Part shown: positions 8,708 to 16,621 of the stretch, piece by piece
How the letters are laid out: every line of letters starts with the position of its first letter
Numbering within the stretch: the first letter of the stretch is position 1
Assembly: GCA_964536865.1 (NCBI GenBank)
Contig: CAZHYN010000013.1
Coordinates: 1-32,000 of the forward strand
Reading direction: 5' to 3'
Source: an uncultured Planctomycetia bacterium
GTDB lineage: Bacteria > Omnitrophota > Gorgyraeia > Duberdicusellales > 4484-171
Length of the DNA stretch: 32,000 nucleotides
Notes under the pieces: generated by a model
What the model saw: only the letters and a program-made list of their open reading frames with translations
Told to the model about the DNA's origin: nothing
Database searches by the model: none
Position numbers and translations under genes: made by a program

Positions 8708-10049
8708 ACTTAGAAAAGGAATTACTTTAATCATTGCTATCTCACTTATGCTTATTTTAGCTCTTTTAGGATGGACGGTAGCTAACTTTCTAAGTGCTGA
8801 TTTGCGGATAAGCTCACGACTGCTTGATTCAGAGAGAGCTTTATACTTAACGGAAGCAGGGATCGATTGGACATTGAAGAAGTTGGGTACTGAATATGAC
8901 TGCGATATTGATGGAGACGGAAAGAAAATTTCATCAGGAACAGTAATCCACAATTTAAATTATGGTCAGTATAGAGTAAATTGCACCTGCGAGAACTCCC
9001 AGTGTGAGGGGAGTATCACTGTAGAAAGTATTGGTTATCTTCCTCAAGAGGCTACCTATTATGCAATGAGGAAAGTGGAAGTTACTATAGATCAGGCGGG
9101 TTTCACTAAGGCAGCATATGTAAGAAATCTCTTGGATTGGTCAGAGATGTCTTCTAGTTCTCGAATAGATGGGGATATTCAAGTATTGGTTGATGCCGGA
9201 GAAATCGATAAAGGGTTTGAAGGTCCAGATTTAGATACGATTACCAACGAACCCGAAGATTTAGAAATTCCAGGAAGTGGAGAGAGAATCGCGAAAGAAG
9301 GAAGGTACCCTACTATAGATATGGATTATTTTAAAGAATGGGCTCAAAGCGATGGTTATTATAGGAATTATTCAGCTGTGGCAGTGGTTACCAGTTCTGG
9401 GGGGGATACTATTGAGGTTGATCAGGCTGGGTTTTTTACTGGCAAGCAAGGGGAAGTGGTAAGGAACTTAGGAGAGACTCACGGAAGTTGGCAGGATACC
9501 GATTGGGCAGTTATTACCAAAGTTACCTTTGGAGGGAAGCGGGCGGAGTTAGATAGGGAAGTAGGAGATACTTGGCTAGGAGATTCTGTGAGAATAGTTA
9601 AAAGATTTAGAGGAGCTAATAACAACCAAAAACTTTGGTATATTGAGGGAAGTGATATTCTTATTGATTTAACGCAAATAGATGCTCAGTTTAATTACAC
9701 TTCTCTCGTCGCTGAGGGCGATGTTGTTCTTGTAGGAGGTGAAAGTATTAGTATGAAAGCGTATGTAAGTTCTGCTCCTTCTAAAGAGACCTTTCCTAAT
9801 TTAGCTACTAAAGAAGGAGATATCTACTTTAGAGATGCTCCCAAAGATGGAAAAAGTAAAAGCCATTCTTTTGACGGACTAATATATACAGAAAATGGAG
9901 ACGTCGTGATAAATTATATAGAGGGGATAGCCGTGATGGGTGATGATGTTTTTTGGGAAGGGATTATAAAGTTAGTATACGACGCAAAATACATCCCTAC
10001 TCAAGGCTTCCTAGGGAACGTGCAGATAATTACCTGGCGAGAAAAATAA
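8670..10049 (+). CDS. PilX/GspK-like large minor pilin lacking Glu+5 (candidate tip or priming subunit)
   Basis: LRKG-ITLIIAISLMLILALLGWTVA has a prepilin-like hydrophobic N-terminus but no E at +5, as in GspK/PilX. 459 aa with a Cys-rich patch NCTCENSQCEG. Overlaps the preceding gene by 38 nt. Confidence 0.6.
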   Translation: MIMRFFLETLNTKLRKGITLIIAISLMLILALLGWTVANFLSADLRISSRLLDSERALYLTEAGIDWTLKKLGTEYDCDIDGDGKKISSGTVIHNLNYGQYRVNCTCENSQCEGSITVESIGYLPQEATYYAMRKVEVTIDQAGFTKAAYVRNLLDWSEMSSSSRIDGDIQVLVDAGEIDKGFEGPDLDTITNEPEDLEIPGSGERIAKEGRYPTIDMDYFKEWAQSDGYYRNYSAVAVVTSSGGDTIEVDQAGFFTGKQGEVVRNLGETHGSWQDTDWAVITKVTFGGKRAELDREVGDTWLGDSVRIVKRFRGANNNQKLWYIEGSDILIDLTQIDAQFNYTSLVAEGDVVLVGGESISMKAYVSSAPSKETFPNLATKEGDIYFRDAPKDGKSKSHSFDGLIYTENGDVVINYIEGIAVMGDDVFWEGIIKLVYDAKYIPTQGFLGNVQIITWREK

Positions 10050-10131
10050 ATAAAGGAGAAAAACGAAACCTTTTTAAATATTTTTTACTCTTAAATCCCT
10101 AAATAATTTCCTACCTAAGAAGGGAATTATC

Positions 10132-10160
10132 TTGACACTTAAATATCTTGCTTGTAGAAT
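10132..10160 (+). promoter_or_regulatory. Sigma70-type promoter for the pilMN-O-P block (TTGACA-17-TAGAAT)
   Basis: TTGACA 10132..10137, TAGAAT 10155..10160, ATG 10170 (9-nt gap, no SD). Confidence 0.45.
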
Positions 10161-10169
10161 TTAAAATGA

Positions 10170-11927
10170 ATGAAAGAAAAAAAAATCCCGCCTTTTTCTA
10201 AAAAGAAAAGTGCCTTTTCAGAAGTTGCCTCTCTGATTAAAGGTTTTTTTGCTCTTACTTCTAGTACTATTGGAATAGATATAGGAGAAGGGTATATTAA
10301 GATTGTTCAATTCCAGAGGACTCGCAAAGGGTACACTATTAATGATTATAGAATAAGAGCTATCCCTTTTAAGGTGAAGGATAACCAGAGAGAAAAAGAA
10401 AAATTCATAAAAGAGTTCATTGCTGAATTTATCTCTCAATCTAGAATAAAAACTTCTCTAGGGAGAATTGCTATAAGAGGGAGTGGAGTATTCATCTTTT
10501 CCCTCCTTATGCCTTTACTTCCTGAGAAAGACTTACGAGGAGCGATAGGAATAGAGTTAAAGAAAAGATTACCTTACCAGATAGATTTCGCTAACGTTCA
10601 CTTTGACTATGTCATAACCGAACAATTAGTGGGAGAGACTTCTCAAGTCTTTGTTACCTGTGTTGCTGTAGATAATAAGGTTCTGGATAAGTACTTAGAT
10701 TTTTTGAAAGGATTCGGTCTTCGTCCGGAAGTGATAAATACAGACGTTGATGCTTTAGGCAACTTAGTTGAATTCATAGGTGAAGATCAGTATGTGGGAG
10801 TACTCGATATGGGAGCTAGAGATAGCTGTTTAAATTTCTATAAAAAGGGGACTCCTCAGTTTGCTCGAGAAATACCCATAGGGGGAGAACATATTACTGA
10901 AGGAGTTTTAAAAGCAATCGCAAGTTTAGGAGGTAATCCTTCTTTTGAAGACGCAGAAAATTTCAAAAGGCACTGTGGGATTCCTATGCGGGAGGAGGCT
11001 TACATTGATTTCTATACTGATTTTGGGGCATTGAAAGGTAATCAAATAACCACGGCAGTAAGGCCGATACTAGAGAGGTTAATTACAGAGGTATCACGGA
11101 CAGTAAATTTCTATATCCGTGCCTACAAGTTAGAGCAACTAGATACTCTCTACATTACCGGGGGAACATCACGCACCAGGAACATCGATAAGATTCTTTC
11201 CGCTAATTTAAAAAATCTTCCTATTAAGCGAATAGAGAAATTAGAACCTCTAAAGGTAGTGAAGAGTTGGTTTGTTACCGATGTTTTTAGACACGAGTTA
11301 GGGATAGAAGAAGCGGTATCTCATTTAGCAGTGGCTTTTGGACTTTGTCTTCGTAAAGGAGGGAAGATAAACATCATTCCTCCCCGAGAAAAAATGGAAC
11401 AGAAGGCATTATTTTTAATGTTCCTTACTCGCACTGTGTTTCCCTTTATTCTTTTTCTGACTCTAGGCTTCTATGCCTTCTTCTATGGGAAGTATCTTTT
11501 ATATAATATAATTATTGCTCGTCTTCAAGGGCAGGCTCAGAAGATTGCTCCTCTAACTAAGGAGATCGAAAGTTATCTTTCGGTTAAAAAAATATATGAA
11601 GAAAGAGAATCTCTTTTAAAAAAGGCTATAGGAGAACAGCCGTTGTGGTGGGGAATATTAAAAGAGTTAAGTAATATTACTCCTAAGGAGATTGTTCTGC
11701 ATAGTTTAGAAATAAAACCTGTCCTTCCTTCTTCTAATAGGATTCTTACTCTTACAGGAGAAGCTATAGCTAAGGTTACTAATCTTGATCTAGTAATAGC
11801 GGAATTTACTCTGAACCTAAATGAATCTCCCTTTTTTAGAAAGGCTAATTTAGTATCTACTGAGAGGGATGTGTCTTCATCTCTTCCTAGAGCGAAATTT
11901 AAAATAACCTGTGAGCTTGTATATTAA
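10170..11927 (+). CDS. pilM: Fused PilM (actin-like ATPase fold) - PilN protein (GspL-like topology)
   Basis: N-terminal TIGIDIGEGYIKIVQF and the later LDMGARDS / YITGGTSR are PilM/FtsA-like phosphate motifs. After AFGLCLRKGG comes the PilN hallmark INIIPPRE, one TM segment (LFLMFLTRTVFPFILFLTLGFYAFFYG), a coiled segment and a PilN-like periplasmic domain. Confidence 0.8.
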   Translation: MKEKKIPPFSKKKSAFSEVASLIKGFFALTSSTIGIDIGEGYIKIVQFQRTRKGYTINDYRIRAIPFKVKDNQREKEKFIKEFIAEFISQSRIKTSLGRIAIRGSGVFIFSLLMPLLPEKDLRGAIGIELKKRLPYQIDFANVHFDYVITEQLVGETSQVFVTCVAVDNKVLDKYLDFLKGFGLRPEVINTDVDALGNLVEFIGEDQYVGVLDMGARDSCLNFYKKGTPQFAREIPIGGEHITEGVLKAIASLGGNPSFEDAENFKRHCGIPMREEAYIDFYTDFGALKGNQITTAVRPILERLITEVSRTVNFYIRAYKLEQLDTLYITGGTSRTRNIDKILSANLKNLPIKRIEKLEPLKVVKSWFVTDVFRHELGIEEAVSHLAVAFGLCLRKGGKINIIPPREKMEQKALFLMFLTRTVFPFILFLTLGFYAFFYGKYLLYNIIIARLQGQAQKIAPLTKEIESYLSVKKIYEERESLLKKAIGEQPLWWGILKELSNITPKEIVLHSLEIKPVLPSSNRILTLTGEAIAKVTNLDLVIAEFTLNLNESPFFRKANLVSTERDVSSSLPRAKFKITCELVY

Positions 11928-11932
11928 GAATC

Positions 11933-12526
11933 ATGGAAGTTATAAAAGATAAGACTACTAAAGTAGCAGTAAACATAGGGATTTATATCGCTATTTTGGT
12001 TGTTTTCCACCTTTTTGTAGGTCGTCCAATATTTAGACTGGTAGATGGGAAAAAAAGTCGATACGAAGATTTCCAGAAAAGTTTACTTACTAAAGAAGAG
12101 TTGATAAAAGCTATCCCTAATCCTAACAAAGAAATTAGAGAAATTAAAGATAAGATAAAAGAGCTGGAAAAAAAATCCATCTCTCAGGAGAAACTTCCAA
12201 AGATTATTCAACAATTGACTAAGGAAAGCAGTAGATTGAATATAGAAATAATTTCTATAAGACCGGTGAAAGAACCACCTTTTAAAGAAGAGAATCTTTC
12301 CAAAGGAGTGAAGAAAGTTTATCTGGAGATAACTTTAAAAACCTCATATATAAATTTAGGTAATTATCTTAAAGCAATCGAGAAACTACCTATAATTTTT
12401 ACTATCGAATCTTTAGTAGTGAAAAGATTTGAGGAAACTAAAGAGAAGGATATCTCTAGAGAGGTTGGAAATAATCTTATTGCTAGTTTACTTATCAGTG
12501 GCTACAAGATAGAGAGTAGTCTTTAG
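11933..12526 (+). CDS. PilO/GspM-like bitopic alignment-complex protein
   Basis: 197 aa: short cytoplasmic N-terminus, one TM (VAVNIGIYIAILVVFHLFV), a coiled segment and a small C-terminal domain. Lies directly after pilMN. Confidence 0.55.
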   Translation: MEVIKDKTTKVAVNIGIYIAILVVFHLFVGRPIFRLVDGKKSRYEDFQKSLLTKEELIKAIPNPNKEIREIKDKIKELEKKSISQEKLPKIIQQLTKESSRLNIEIISIRPVKEPPFKEENLSKGVKKVYLEITLKTSYINLGNYLKAIEKLPIIFTIESLVVKRFEETKEKDISREVGNNLIASLLISGYKIESSL

Positions 12527-12532
12527 AGAAAA

Positions 12533-12997
12533 ATGGACAAAAAAAGAATTGAATTGATTATTACTTTGGGATTGATAGTAATCTTTATCTTTGTATTGGC
12601 AGGAAATCTTAAGCCTAAGAAACCCAAGCAAAAATTACCCCCCTCTCCTGAAGTCTCTGAAAAAGAAAGGAGTGCACCTATACCTAAAAAGAAGATAGAA
12701 AAGATTTTAAGAGCCTCTCCTCAGGAGATAGAAAAACAGAAAAATCGAGCGCAACTTAGTTGGGGGAGAGATCCTTTTTTCTCCTCTTTCCTAGTTAAAA
12801 AAGAGATCCCCAAAACCACTCCTCTTACTCTAAAAGGCGTAACTATAGGAAAAGATAAGAAAGGTTATGCATTTATCAATGATGAAATTGTCACTATTGG
12901 GGATACTATCGAAGGGTATCAGGTAATAGAAATTCAGAAAAACAAAGTTATTTTAAAAAGAGATAACGAACTTTTTTACTTAACCCTCCCTTATTAG
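12533..12997 (+). CDS. PilP/GspC-position protein: TM anchor, Pro/Lys-rich linker, small C-terminal beta-rich domain
   Basis: TM LIITLGLIVIFIFVLAG, linker KPKKPKQKLPPSPEVSEKERSAPIPKKK, C-terminus LKGVTIGKDKKGYAFINDEIVTIGDTIEGYQVIEIQKNKVILK. Called by position between the pilO-like gene and the secretin, not by a diagnostic motif. Confidence 0.45.
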   Translation: MDKKRIELIITLGLIVIFIFVLAGNLKPKKPKQKLPPSPEVSEKERSAPIPKKKIEKILRASPQEIEKQKNRAQLSWGRDPFFSSFLVKKEIPKTTPLTLKGVTIGKDKKGYAFINDEIVTIGDTIEGYQVIEIQKNKVILKRDNELFYLTLPY

Positions 12998-13017
12998 AAA
13001 GAAGCTAAAAGAGAGCT

Positions 13018-13045
13018 TTGACTATTTTTCTTTTTAAGTTATAAT
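13018..13045 (+). promoter_or_regulatory. Sigma70-type promoter for the secretin-to-PilZ operon (TTGACT-16-TATAAT)
   Basis: TTGACT 13018..13023, TATAAT 13040..13045, ATG 13053 (7-nt gap). TTG at 13050 is the ORF-track start. Confidence 0.5.
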
Positions 13046-13052
13046 AAAGTTG

Positions 13053-14534
13053 ATGAGAAAAATTGTTCTACTCCTTTTACTTCTTGGAGGGGGGCATTTT
13101 TTTATTAGTTTAGCTCAAACCCCTCAGGCTTTTCAAAAGGAGTCAGAGATTATAGAGTATTTGGAGTTTAGGGAAGTAGATATCAAGGATGCTCTAAGAC
13201 AACTCGCCAAACAGTATAATTTAAACATTGTATTTTCTGAGTCAGTAAAGGGATTGATTACTCTCCGTTTACATAATGTTACTGTAGAAGAAGCTTTAGA
13301 CTCTATTATTACTATCAATGGATTTGTTTATACTAAGAAAGGAAGTGTAATTAAGGTGACTACTCCTGAAGAAGTAAAAAAAGAAAGTAAGCAGACCAGA
13401 GTTTTTAAGTTGTATAATGCTGATGCTTCTAAACTTAAAGAGACTATAAAAAAAGTTCTTTCCTCTGAGGGGACCGTTGAGGCAGATGAACGTTCTAACT
13501 CCCTGATTATCACCGATAATCCTGCGGTAATAAGTAAAATTGAAAGTATGCTACCTTCCTTGGATGAGGCTTCTAAGCAAGTTCTGATTGAAGCTCGATT
13601 TATCGAAACTTCCTTAGGAACTACAGAAAAGTTAGGGATAGATTGGACGATTAATGCTGTAGCTAAAGCTTCTAAAAGACCTACTACTTTTCCTTTTCGT
13701 AAATGGGGTTCGGATAAAGATATGTATCCAGTGCCTTCTTATACCTCCGAATATGATAGCACTACAGGAACATGGAGCATAACTAGCGATTTTCCTGCAG
13801 GTGGTGAGGGTTATTTTTTTCCTACTTTCCCTCATCGCTTGGGTTCTTTTCCTATGGTGGGGGCAGATAAATTTACTTTCGGGACATTAGACTTTACTCA
13901 GTTTCAAGCAGTGTTAGATTTTCTTAAGACAAAAACTGATTCTAAACTTATCTCATCACCCCGGATAGTTACTATGGATAACAAGCGAGCAGAAATTTAT
14001 ATAGGCAAAGCCCGCCCCATTCCTACATTTGAATATAATTCTGAGACGGGGGAGTACCAAATTACAGGATTTGAAGAAAAAATTGAGGGAGTAATTCTTA
14101 CCGTAACTCCTCAGATAAAAAAAGTAGGAGATAAATATTATATAAAGCTAAGATTGAAGCCAAAAGTTACTACTTTTTCTAATGAAACAGTATCTTTTAC
14201 TAATCTGGGTTTTGAATATCCTTTGCTTTCTGAACGGTACACCGATACCGAAGTAATGATTGAAGATAATCAGACTATTGTTATTGGGGGGTTAATAGAG
14301 ACTAAGAGAACAGAAACTATTCATAAGGTTCCTTTCTTAGGGGATTTACCTTTGTTAGGTCTTCTTTTTCGACATAAAGAAATAAATCCTGATGCTAAAT
14401 CAGAGCTTATAATCTTTGTTACTGCCAGAGTTGTTAGAGAAGATGAGGGTCCACTCTTAGCTTACAGGAGTAACCTCATTACTTCCCCTCCTCACCCATT
14501 TAAGCTAAATTTAAGAGAGATCACAGTAAAATGA
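13053..14534 (+). CDS. pilQ: Secretin (PilQ/GspD family) outer-membrane channel
   Basis: Signal peptide MRKIVLLLLLLGGGHFFISLAQ. N0/N1-like domains (DIKDALRQLAKQYNLNIVF...; NSLIITDNPAVISKIESML). C-terminal secretin signature VPFLGDLPLLGLLFRHKE. Confidence 0.9.
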   Translation: MRKIVLLLLLLGGGHFFISLAQTPQAFQKESEIIEYLEFREVDIKDALRQLAKQYNLNIVFSESVKGLITLRLHNVTVEEALDSIITINGFVYTKKGSVIKVTTPEEVKKESKQTRVFKLYNADASKLKETIKKVLSSEGTVEADERSNSLIITDNPAVISKIESMLPSLDEASKQVLIEARFIETSLGTTEKLGIDWTINAVAKASKRPTTFPFRKWGSDKDMYPVPSYTSEYDSTTGTWSITSDFPAGGEGYFFPTFPHRLGSFPMVGADKFTFGTLDFTQFQAVLDFLKTKTDSKLISSPRIVTMDNKRAEIYIGKARPIPTFEYNSETGEYQITGFEEKIEGVILTVTPQIKKVGDKYYIKLRLKPKVTTFSNETVSFTNLGFEYPLLSERYTDTEVMIEDNQTIVIGGLIETKRTETIHKVPFLGDLPLLGLLFRHKEINPDAKSELIIFVTARVVREDEGPLLAYRSNLITSPPHPFKLNLREITVK

Positions 14535-15892
14535 AAAGAATCATCTTTTTCCTCTCTTTCTTTTTCATTCTTTCCCTCTTCCTTTTATTTCTCTTTTTTT
14601 CATTTTATCAGTCAAATATTTTTCAAGAAAGTATAGCTAACTTAGAAGAAGGGTTAAAAAGAGTTAGCTACCTTTTTGTGGAATCTAAATTATTTAATAA
14701 AAAATTAAAGGGAGATAATGAAAAGCTTTCTCAGGAGTTGAAAAAGTTAAGTGAAGAGAATACTTCCTTAAAAGAGCATATAGAAGAGTTAGACGAACGT
14801 ATCACTACCCTTAAAGATACTAATAGAGAGCTAATTAGAAAAGTTAAAGAGTTGACTGAAGAAAACAGACGTTTAAAAGAAGCTTTAGCTAAGTTGAAAG
14901 CTCAGTTACCTAAAGTATCCTTTAAGAAAGGAGAGAAAGTTTGTCCTGGTTTGGGAGGAGTGAGTTTAGATCCTAAAGAGAGAAAATATATTGAGTTCAT
15001 TATTCAGAGTATCTACAAGGAGTTAGATTCTTTAGGGACCAATGTGAATAGATTAGCTCAAGATGCTTCATCCTATAAGAACAAATTCTTAAGAAAAGAT
15101 GGGGAACTTAAAAAGAAGATTGAAGAAATTGAAAGTCTTCATAAGGAGCTTCAGCATTTTAGAGAGGAGAATATGGAGATGTTAGCTAAGCTGGGCACTT
15201 TAGAAAAAGAAAAGCAAAAGTATGTGGAAAAGATAAATTTACTTAGTAAGGAAAATCAAAATTTGAAAGATAATTTAAACAGCTTTAAGAAAGAAAAAGA
15301 GGTAATGATGTCCTACATAGAGGATTTGAAAAAGAGAAGTACTTTTACAAAGTCGGAGAGGAAGAATTTAGAGAAGACTATAAATGACTTAAAGAGTGAA
15401 CTCCAGCTTAAGATAGAGCATATAAAATCTCTGGAAAGAGAAATTGTTCAATTGAAGGAGGATTATCAAAGGACTATTAATCAGCATGAGATAGCTAAGG
15501 GGAAAATAGAAGAAGTAGAGAGAGAAATGGAGAGAAGAGCGGACAGGATACTAAAACTGGAGAATGAATTGAGAAGTAAGGAGGTATCCATAAAGGAATT
15601 AAATAGCAAACTAAAGAGACAGTTAAAGGAATTAGCTAGTTTAAGAGAATCTGTAGTAAAAGTTAGATTAGAAAATGCTTCTCTCTATAAGGAATTGGAG
15701 GCTAAAGAAGCAGCTTTTAATTCTTTAAAAAAACAGTTAGAAAAAATAGGTCAGTTAAGTACACAGTTTAGAGAGCAAGTTAACAAAGTTTCACAGTTAT
15801 TTACCTCTCCAGAGGAAAGTCAAAAGGAGGAAGAACCTGGCGAGAAAAAGATAGAGGTGGAGATAGAATCTATAGAAAGTAAAGAGAAGTAA
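14531..15892 (+). CDS. TM-anchored long coiled-coil protein, function unknown, translationally coupled to the secretin
   Basis: ATGA overlap with the secretin stop (14531..14534). N-terminal TM RIIFFLSFFFILSLFLLFLFFSF, then about 420 aa of E/K/L-rich heptad-like sequence, interrupted around CPGLGGVSLDPKERKYIEFIIQSIYKELDS. Confidence 0.7.
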   Translation: MKRIIFFLSFFFILSLFLLFLFFSFYQSNIFQESIANLEEGLKRVSYLFVESKLFNKKLKGDNEKLSQELKKLSEENTSLKEHIEELDERITTLKDTNRELIRKVKELTEENRRLKEALAKLKAQLPKVSFKKGEKVCPGLGGVSLDPKERKYIEFIIQSIYKELDSLGTNVNRLAQDASSYKNKFLRKDGELKKKIEEIESLHKELQHFREENMEMLAKLGTLEKEKQKYVEKINLLSKENQNLKDNLNSFKKEKEVMMSYIEDLKKRSTFTKSERKNLEKTINDLKSELQLKIEHIKSLEREIVQLKEDYQRTINQHEIAKGKIEEVEREMERRADRILKLENELRSKEVSIKELNSKLKRQLKELASLRESVVKVRLENASLYKELEAKEAAFNSLKKQLEKIGQLSTQFREQVNKVSQLFTSPEESQKEEEPGEKKIEVEIESIESKEK

Positions 15893-15901
15893 GTATTAAG
15901 T

Positions 15902-16621
15902 ATGAAGAGGAGAACTACTGATTGTTTTTATTTTGTTATTCGTAGGATTATTGAGTTTTTGGTCTTAGGGATGTTTCTTTTGTTGTTATTTGGAATTCTC
16001 TGTGAGAGAGGGGTGTACTGTAAAGAAGATAATGATAGCATGGCGATTGCTAATACCTACTACTTAAAAGGTAAAGAGTTTCTTCTTAAAGGAGAGTATC
16101 AGAAGGCTGACGAAGCTTTTAAGAAAGCGGAGAAGATTTTAAATAAAAAATCTTCTAAAAAAAAGGAAAGGCTCTCTCTAAGAAAGTCGGATTCCAAAAG
16201 AAGGAAGATTTCTTCTAAGATATCACCCTCTAATTTAGAGGCAGAGAGAAGGAAGATAGAGACTATTCTGGAGGCAGCAAAACAAGCTTACTTTGAAGGG
16301 AATTTAGAGTTAGCTTTAAGGCTGTATACCAGAGTGTTAAGAAAGTATCCTACCGATGCTGATCTTTACTACAATTTAGGAGTTATTTATCTAAAAAAAG
16401 CGGATTACCTTAGTGCTGCTGAGGAATTTAAAAGAGCAATTCTTTTAGATCCTAGCGATGCTGATGCTTACTATAATTTAGGAGTGATCTATGAGAATTT
16501 TCTCAATGATAAGGAAAAGGCTATTAGTCACTACCAGAGTTATTTGAAATTGTGCACTTCTGAAGAAGAAAAGAGGGAGATTAAAAGATGGATAGAGAGG
16601 CTTAGAAGGGAAGGACGATGA
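15902..16621 (+). CDS. Membrane-anchored TPR-repeat protein (possible PilF/PilW/Tgl-like secretin pilotin)
   Basis: TPR repeats (ADLYYNLGVIYLKKADYLSAAEEFKRAILLDPSDADAYYNLGVIYENF). Hydrophobic N-terminus with Cys residues but no canonical lipobox. Lies between the secretin block and pilB, with an ATGA overlap onto pilB. Confidence 0.7.
   Translation: MKRRTTDCFYFVIRRIIEFLVLGMFLLLLFGILCERGVYCKEDNDSMAIANTYYLKGKEFLLKGEYQKADEAFKKAEKILNKKSSKKKERLSLRKSDSKRRKISSKISPSNLEAERRKIETILEAAKQAYFEGNLELALRLYTRVLRKYPTDADLYYNLGVIYLKKADYLSAAEEFKRAILLDPSDADAYYNLGVIYENFLNDKEKAISHYQSYLKLCTSEEEKREIKRWIERLRREGR

Noticed and set aside
10050-10131. Weak hairpin AAAGG...CCTTT plus a T-run after the PilX-like gene as an intrinsic terminator
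   Set aside because: The stem is only 5 bp of mostly A-T/G-C mix with a long loop. That is not strong enough to call, although a transcript boundary here is plausible given the promoter at 10132.
10177-10185. A9 homopolymer in codons 3-5 of pilMN as a slipped-strand phase-variation switch. Also noted: G7 at 1525..1531 in the NSS gene and the A-run in the poly-Lys stretch near 21553.
   Set aside because: In a genome this AT-rich, A-runs of this length encoding Lys are expected by composition. Without population-level length variation there is no evidence of phase variation.
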